Below, in pieces: positions 56,401 to 64,000 of a DNA stretch of 64,000 bases (positions are counted from its first letter, which is position 1; each line of letters opens with the position of its first letter). Source of the DNA: Macrostomum lignano (taxonomy: Eukaryota); contig NIVC01002244.1 in the NCBI GenBank assembly GCA_002269645.1, positions 186,001 through 250,000 on the forward strand, read 5' to 3'. A program made the position numbers and the translations under genes. The notes beneath the pieces are model-generated. The model was not told the DNA's origin. It ran no database searches and worked only from the letters and a program-made list of their open reading frames with translations.

Positions 56401-59400
56401 TGCTATCTAGGTGGATGCTTTAACAATATCTGGGGGATGCTTGCTATCTGCAGAATGCTTGCTATCTAGGTGGATGCTTCTACAATATTTGGGAGATGCT
56501 TGCTATCTGCAGAATGCTTGCTATCTGGGTGGATGCTTCAATCTGAGGGATGCTTGATATCTGCAGATGCTTGGTATCTTGGGTGATGCTTGCTATGAGC
56601 ATTAGAGGATGCTTGCTATCTGCGGTTGTTTACTTTTGGAGGGGGTGCTTGCTGACTTGGGAATATTTTCTATTTATAGGAAGCTATATTTTGTTGTCTG
56701 TTTGTTAATTTTAGAGAAAAGGTGATACTTTCACTTTGCAAACACCTTTGTCCGTGGCAATTTTACACGAATAAGGTGATTTATAAATGTGAAGAAGGAA
56801 TGGGTGTTTAAGAAAATGTGCTTTTTTATTGTTTTCCATGAATTATTTTTGCTCCTTTCTTTTTGGGCGCCCCGAAGGGGGGCCGCACTAGATTGCTATT
56901 ATAGTTCTATCTTTGAATTAAGAAATTCTCACTTTAGGCTCTAGCTTAAATGTTACTAAACTGAACTAAACTAAAAGTAGGCCTAGTTGTTTTCTATGGG
57001 TTTATTTATAAACCTATTTTTGCAGATGCAATAGTACTCTATAGCCATAGCTAGAATTAAAGTGAAATACTAGTTTTATTATATTTTAAGCTAGGCTTCT
57101 ATTAGGCACAGAAGTTAAAATAGTAAATGGATCTTGATCTCTCTGAGTTCTAATTGTTAATTCTATGGCACTATTGTCAATCTAGCCAATTTATTACCCC
57201 AAACTGAACCCTGCCTGCAGCACCAATGTGGTGATGAACTACACGGAGCTGGAGGGCAAGGTAAGAGAAGCCACAAACGATGAAGCCTGGGGTCCACACG
57301 GCGAGGTGATGCAAGAATTGGCCAATGCTACCATGAGCTACGAACAGTTTCCTGAGGTCATGGCATGCTCTGGAAACGGATGCTTTTCGATAATAAGCGA
57401 AACTGGCGCCGTGTTTACAAGGTTTGTTTGATTGCTGAATCCGCCTCTGATCTCTCAGTCCTTGAGAATCTGCCTCTGATCCCTCAGTCCTTTGAGAATC
57501 TGCCTCTGATCTCTCAGTCCTTGAGAATCTGCCTCTGATCCCTCAGTCCTTGAGAATCTGCCTCTGATCCCTCAGTCCTTGAGAATCTGCCTCTGATCTC
57601 TCAGTCCTTGAGAATCTGCCTCTGATCCCTCAGTCCTTTGAGAATCTGCCTCTGATCCCTCAGTCCTTTGAGAATCTGCCTCTGATCCCTCAGTCCTTTG
57701 AGAATCTGCCTCTGATCTCTCAGTCCTTGAGAATCTGCCTCTGATCTCTCAGTCCTTGAGAATCTGCCTCTGATCTCTCAATCCTTGAGAATCTGGCCTC
57801 TGATTCCCAAGTCCTTGAGAATCTGCCTCTGATCCCTCAGTCCTTGAGAATCTGCCTCTGATCTCTCAGTCCTTTGGGAATCTGCCTCTGATCTCTCAAT
57901 CCTTGAGAATCTGGCCTCTGATTCCCAAGTCCTTGAGAATCTGCCTCTGATCTCTCAATCCTTGAGAATCTGGCCTCTGATTCCCAAGTCCTTGAGAATC
58001 TGCCTCTGATCCCTCAGTCCTTGAGAATCTGCCTCTGATCTCTCAGTCCTTTGGGAATCTGCCTCTGATCTCTCAGTCCTTGAGAATCTGCCTCTGATCT
58101 CTCAATCCTTGAGAATCTGGCCTCTGATTCCCAAGTCCTTGAGAATCTGCCTCTGATCCCTCAGTCCTTGAGAATCTGCCTCTGATCTCTCAGTCCTTTG
58201 GGAATCTGCCTCTGATCTCTCAGTCCTTGAGAATCTGCCTCTGATCCCTCAGTCCTTGAGAATCTGCCTCTGATCTCTCAGTCCTTTGAGAATCTGCCTC
58301 TGATCTCTCAGTCCTTGAGAATCTGCCTCTGATCCCTCAGTCCTTGAGAATCTGCCTCTGATCCCTCAGTCCTTGAGAATCTGCCTCTGATCTCTCAGTC
58401 CTTTGAGAATCTGCCTCTGATCTCTCAGTCCTTTGAGAATCTGCCTCTGATCTCTCAGTCCTTTGAGAATCTGCCTCTGATCTCTCAGTCCTTTGAGAAT
58501 CTGCCTCTGATCTCTCAGTCCTTTGAGAATCTGCCTCTGATCTCTCAGTCCTTTGAGAATCTGCCTCTGATCCCTTAGTCCTTTGAGAATCTGCCTCTGA
58601 TCTCTCAGCTCAGTCCTTGAGAATCTGCCTCTGATCTCTCAGTCCTTTGAAAATCTGCCTCGGATCTCTCAGTCGTTTGAGAATCTGCCTCTGATCCCTC
58701 AGTCCTTTGAGAATCTGCCTCTGATCCCTCAGTCCTTTGAGAATCTGCCTCTGATCTCTCAGCTCAGTCCTTGAGAATCTGCCTCTGATCTCTCAGTCCT
58801 TGAGAATCTGCCTCTGATCTCTCAGCTCAGTCCTTGAGAATCTGCCTCTGATCTCTCAGTCCTTGAGAATCTGCCTCTGATCTCTCAGCTCAGTCCTTGA
58901 GAATCTGCCTCTGATCTCTCAGTCCTTGAGAATCTGCCTCTGATCGCTCAGTCCTTTGAGAATCTACCTATCCGCTTCCTCAGTTCTGGATGCCACCCCC
59001 TATATTCAACAGTCCCTCCTGCTGCTCACCTACCTGATTCGACACGGTTCGGAGCGAGTGGTCACCAGCGCCCGAGAGCACATCTACGACCTGAGAGGGC
59101 TCGAGTCCTACCAGTTTGTTGATGAGCGCGGCAAAGATGAAGGAATAAATAGTGAGTGCACAGGGTGGCTTACTGGAAGCTGAAAACTTGAGATTTGCTT
59201 TGAATATTCTTTCTTACCTGCTGCGGTGCGGATTGTTAAAGCCTAAATGAAGCATTTTTCTGTAAAAACCATAGAATGCGAGTATACCCATCCCCTCTCT
59301 AGAATCTCCCCACTGTCTTTAAAGTCTACCAATGATTTTAAGATGTTCCCCATTCCGATAATCTCCCCATTATGAGATGAGAATATTCCCACCCATCAGA

Positions 59401-60800
59401 ATATCTCTAAATTTCGAAATGCTTTTTTGTCCTATACACTATCCTATACCCTATCCTTTACCCTTATACTATACCCCTATCCTATGCCCCTATCATTTAC
59501 CCTTATCCTATACCCTTATCCTATACCCCTATCCTTTACCCTTATCCTATACCCCTATCCTATACCCCCAATCATACTCGTATACCCCCATCCTATAACC
59601 CAATCCAAAACCCCTTATCCAATACTGTATACCCCTATCCTATACTCCCCTATCCTATACCCCCTATCCTATTCCCCGCTATCATATGCCCCCTATCCTA
59701 TACATCCCTATCCTATACTCCCCTATCCTATACCCTCCTATCCTATACCCCTATCCTATACCCGCAGTTCGGCACAAGGCCCACGAGCTGGTGGAATTCA
59801 TTCAAGACGACGACAAGCTTCGCGAGGAGCGCAAAGCTGCCCGCAAGAATCGTGACAAATATACTGGCTATTCGGGCAACTCGTTCAGCGGCGGTAGCGG
59901 CTTTGGCAGTGGCGGATACGGAGGTACCTGGAAAAGCTGTTTTACCTGGGCATAATACCCGGTTTACCTGGGCATAATACCCGGTTTACCTGGGCATAAT
60001 ACCTGGTTTACCTGGGCATAATACCTGGTTTACCTGGGCATAATACCTGGTTTACCTGGGCATAATACCCGGTTTACCTGGGCATAATACCTGGTTTACC
60101 TGGGCATAATACCCGGTTTACCTGGGCATAATACCTGGTTTATCTAGACATAATACCTGGTTTACCTGGGCATAATACCCGGTTTACCTGGGCATAATAC
60201 CTGGTTTACCTGGGCATAATACCTGGTTTACCTGGGCATTACCTGGTTTACATGGGCATAATACCTGGTTTACCTGGGCATAATACCTGGTTTACCTGGG
60301 CATAATACCTGATTTACCTGGGCATAATACCTGGTTTACCTGGGCATAATACCTGATTTACCTGGATTATCTGGGCTACCTGGTTTACCTGCGCTATCTG
60401 GGCTATTGATGGTTTACCTGGGCTCACTTGCGTTAATTGTTTTACCTGATTGGGCAAGAGTACGAGTGTAGCTAAGCGCCCACATTAACTTAGGGCTCAT
60501 GCACGAAGATTGGCTGGGAGGAGGTTGTCAATGCGATTGATGGGCCTCTGACTTTCTAATATTTGCAAAATGCCTACTGTAAAACATACTATTTAGTGTA
60601 AGAAAATGTAAATTTCCATTTATTCAAGGCGGCGCCTTCTCCGACAACTATGGTGGCGGCGGTAGCGGCTGTGGCGGCAGCCAGTTGGGCGAAATAGACG
60701 ACTGGGAGGGTGGCCGGTACCGCACGATGAAGGACGACGTGATTGACCGGGTCAAGGACATCTGGAGCGCTCGCCGGCCGCCGGTAGACGAAGATTTCAA
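53444..60800 (+). CDS. CLINT1: Clathrin interactor 1 / epsin-related ENTH protein, 3' incomplete; one-base frameshift in exon 2
   Basis: Exons 53444-53490, 57221-57421, 59013-59151, 59768-59923, 60629-60800, continuing beyond the window. ENTH: TNVVMNYTELEGKVREATNDEAWGPHG...WRRVYK|SLLLLTYLIRHGSERVVTSAREHIYDLRGLESYQFVDERGKDEGIN|IRHK..ELVEFIQDDDKLREERK. Exon 2 is 201 nt where the phases require 202. Confidence 0.9.
54911..54971 (+). pseudogene. Degenerate tRNA-Ser(GCT)-like or SINE head
   Basis: GGACTGCTAATGCA resembles a Ser(GCT) anticodon arm; GGGTTCAAATC is B-box-like. The acceptor stem does not pair. Confidence 0.3.
55035..55720. repeat. 24-bp minisatellite (ataaaccaaggattattgcacttg), CLINT1 intron 1
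   Basis: Directly visible, about 27 copies. Confidence 0.95.
55990..56630. repeat. Composite minisatellite built on ggatgcttgctatct sub-units (about 60-bp higher-order unit), CLINT1 intron 1
   Basis: Directly visible. Confidence 0.9.
57438..58965. repeat. 29/30-bp minisatellite (gagaatctgcctctgatctctcagtcctt), about 50 copies, CLINT1 intron 2
   Basis: Directly visible. Confidence 0.97.
59425..59762. repeat. About 13-bp C/T-rich repeat (tatacccctatcc), CLINT1 intron 3
   Basis: Directly visible; abuts the acceptor. Confidence 0.88.
59938..60420. repeat. 22-bp minisatellite (gtttacctgggcataatacctg), CLINT1 intron 4
   Basis: Directly visible, about 20 copies. Confidence 0.94.
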
Positions 60801-60887
60801 GTGAGCCTCTGTTACTAATAGCATTCGAGCACTTTTTGAGCGCTTGTTTAATTTATGGTGAGGCATTGTCTTTTCAAACTTTGAAAA

Positions 60888-61450
60888 ATGTCTGAATTCT
60901 CCAAAGGAATCTGTCTGAATTCCCCATAAGAATCTGTCTGAATTCCCCATAAGAATCTGTCTGAATTCTACATAAGAATCTGTCTGAATTCCCCATAAGA
61001 ATTTGTCTGAATTCCCCATAAGAATCTGTCTGAATTCTACATAAGAATTTGTCTGAATTTCCTATAAGAATCTGTCTGAATTCCCCATAAGAATCTGTCT
61101 GAATTCCCCATAAGAATCTGTTCTGAATTCCCCATAAGAATCTGTCTGAATTCCCCATAAGAATCTGTCTGAATTCCCTATAAGAATCTGTCTGAATTCT
61201 ACATAAGAATTTGTCTGAATTTCCTATAAGAATCTGTCTGAATTCCCCATAAGAATTTGTCTGAATTCCCCATAAGAATCTGTCTGAATTCCCTATAAGA
61301 ATCTGTCTGAATTCTACATAAGAATTTGTCTGAATTTCCTATAAGAATCTGTCTGAATTCCCCATAAGAATCTGTCTGAATTCCCCATAAGAATCTGTTC
61401 TGAATTCCCCATAAGAATTTGTCTCAATTTCCTATAAGAATCTGCCTGAA
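60888..61450. repeat. 23-bp minisatellite (aatctgtctgaattccccataag), CLINT1 intron 5
   Basis: Directly visible, about 24 copies. Confidence 0.94.
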
Positions 61451-62149
61451 ATCCCTTAAAGTATCGCCCAGATTTGATATAAGTTTAGTTTGAATATGAC
61501 CCACTAAACTTCACTGAAGACATTCCTTTATATTGTTGTTTTTCTTCCCATGCTACTATATAAGTAGCAAAGGCAGCAGAGCTCACGGCAATGCAAACAA
61601 TGCAAAGCCTGTGTCTGGCATAACATTTGATCCGCCCTGCATGGCCCAAGGCTACAGAAAGTTTGGGTTTGTAATCTAGCTGAGAATCAAATCTTGACTG
61701 CCTTAAGCTTAAATTCGGAGTTAACAATAAGCAGCATGATTTGATTTGCTAAACGTTCATATAAATAACTAATCAATAGTGTGATTGAACACTGGCAAGC
61801 CTATTTGTTATCGACTTCAACTTTTAAGTCAAATGCACTGCCTGTTTTATCTGGCATAAACGGGATATCCGCAAATGAATTTCTATGATTTCTATGACTA
61901 ACACGGGCACTTTCGGGAATGTTTAAAAAATTCTCATTTTTGTAGGTCTACTACAGTATCTTATCTTCATTTGAGCAGCTGTGAACAGAGTTATTTATGA
62001 AAAAAAATTGAATATTTCAGCTTTTAGTTTTACCCCAATCTGAGTCATTCATTACGCTCGGTTTTTTAATTATTGTATGATAGTCAATATGTGAAGCACC
62101 GTTCCAGAACCCAAACTACCGAAACCACCACATACCCCATACTACCACA

Positions 62150-64000
62150 TCATTCCCCACACCTCAGGGCCCATCATTCCCTACACCTCACAAACCCATC
62201 ATTCCCCACACCTCAGAAGCCCATCATTCCCCACACCTCAGAAGCCCATCATTCCCCACACCTCACAGGCCCATCATTCCCAACACCTCACAGGCCCATC
62301 ATTCCCCACACCTCAGAGGCCCATCATTCCCCACACCTCACAGGCCCATCATTCCCCACACCTCACAGGCCCATCATTCCCAACACCTCAGAGGCCCATC
62401 ATTCCCCACACCTCACAGGCCCATCATTCCCCACACCTCACAGGCCCATCATTCCAAACACCTCAGAAGCCCATCATTCCCCACACCTCAGAAGCCCATC
62501 ATTCCCACACCTCAGGGCCCACCATTCCCCACACCTCAGGCCCATCATTCCCCACACATCAGAGAAGCATCATTCCCCACACCTCAGAGAAGCATCATTC
62601 CCCACACCTCAGAAGCCCATCATTCCCCACACCTCAGAAGCCCATCATTCCTCACACCTCAGGGCCCATCATTCCCCACACCTTAGAGAAGCATCATTCC
62701 CCACACCTCAGAGAAGCATCATTCCCCACACCTCAGAAGCCCATCATTCCCCACACCTCAGAAGCCCATCATTCCCCACACCTCAGGGCCCATCATTCCC
62801 CACACCTTAGAGAAGCATCATTCCCCACACCTCAGGGCCCATCATTCCCCACACCTCACAAACCCATCATTCCCCACACCTCACAAACCCATCATTCCCC
62901 ACACCTCAGAAGCCCATCATTCCCCACACCTCAGAAGCCCATCATTCCCCACACCTCAGGGCCCATCATTCCCCACACCTTAGAGAAGCATCATTCCCCA
63001 CACCTCAGGGCCCATCATTCCCCACACCTCACAAACCCATCATTCCCCACACCTCACAAACCTATCATTCCCCACACCTCAGAGGCCCATCATTTACCAC
63101 ACCTCACAGGCCCATCATTCCCAACACCTCAGAAGCCCATCATTCCCCACACCTCAGAAGCCCATCATTCCCCACACCTTAGAGAAGCATCATTCCCCAC
63201 ACCTCAGGGCCCATCATTCCCCACACCTCACAAACCCATCATTCCCCACACCTCACAAACCCATCATTCCCCACACCTCAGAGGCCCATCATTTACCACA
63301 CCTCACAGGCCCATCATTCCCAACACCTCAGAAGCCCATCATTCCCCACACCTCAGGGCCCATCATTCCCCTCACCTCAGGGCCCATCATTCCCCACACC
63401 TTAGAGAAGCATCATTCCCCACACCTCAGGGCCCATCATTCCCCACACCTCACAAGCCCATCATTCCCCACACCTCAAAAGCCCATCATTCCCCACACCT
63501 CAGGGCCCATCATTCCCCACACCTTAGAGAAGCATCATTCCCCACACCTCAGGGCCCATCATTCCCCACACCTCACAAACCCATCATTCCCCACACCTCA
63601 GAGGCCCATCATTTACCACACCTCACAGGCCCATCATTCCCAACACCTCAGAGGCCCATCATTCCCCACACCTCACAGGCCCATCATTCCCCACACCTCA
63701 CAGGCCCATCATTCCCAACACCTCAGAGGCCCATCATTCCCCACACCTCACAGGCCCATCATTCCCCACACCTCACAGGCCCATCATTCCAAACACCTCA
63801 GAAGCCCATCATTCCCCACACCTCAGAAGCCCATCATTCCCCACACCTCAGGGCCCACCATTCCCCACACCTTAGAGAAGCATCATTCCCCACACCTCAG
63901 GGCCCATCATTCCCCACACCTCACAAACCCATCATTCCCCACACCTCACAAACCCATCATTCCCCACACCTCAGAGGCCCATCATTTACCACACCTCACA
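62150..64000. repeat. 23-25-bp C-rich minisatellite (cccatcattccccacacctcaga), truncated by window end
   Basis: Directly visible. Confidence 0.95.

Noticed and set aside
59425-59762. CCCTAT repeats resembling telomeric CCCTAA
   Set aside because: Irregular 13-bp unit inside an intron; no true TTAGGG run.
60430-60500. Possible third SINE copy (CAATTAACGC on minus)
   Set aside because: Only a 10-bp match.

Overview
Eukaryotic (metazoan) genomic DNA. GC- and CpG-rich, Ala/Gly-rich exons, minisatellite-filled introns and the gene content suggest a macrostomorph flatworm such as Macrostomum lignano (inference, not verified). Seven protein-coding genes can be built by hand with GT-AG boundaries. 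In order: NSD-family H3K36 methyltransferase (-, 5' end unresolved), OFA-type MFS transporter (+), intronless DEG/ENaC channel (-), PCF11 (-), two tandem K2P/TWIK potassium channel paralogs (-), and CLINT1/epsinR (+, runs off the window). PCF11 and CLINT1 each have one missing base in a conserved N-terminal exon (assembly error or allele-specific lesion). Mobile DNA includes a Ty3/Gypsy gag-pol fragment, two tRNA-derived SINE copies, an IR/DR-type MITE and a small TIR element with a hairpin. There are about 30 tandem arrays, and the long repetitive ORFs in the track are artefacts of them. The best leads are: (1) intron-private minisatellites whose units repeat splice-site, AG|GT or ETS motifs; (2) AT-rich, CpG-poor, TAGGCCTA-rich 5' introns in the housekeeping genes; (3) a splice acceptor in frame with the ENaC ORF that would let a flatworm spliced-leader AUG start it, just downstream of PCF11; (4) a short homogenised (gene-conversion-like) tract between the K2P paralogs.
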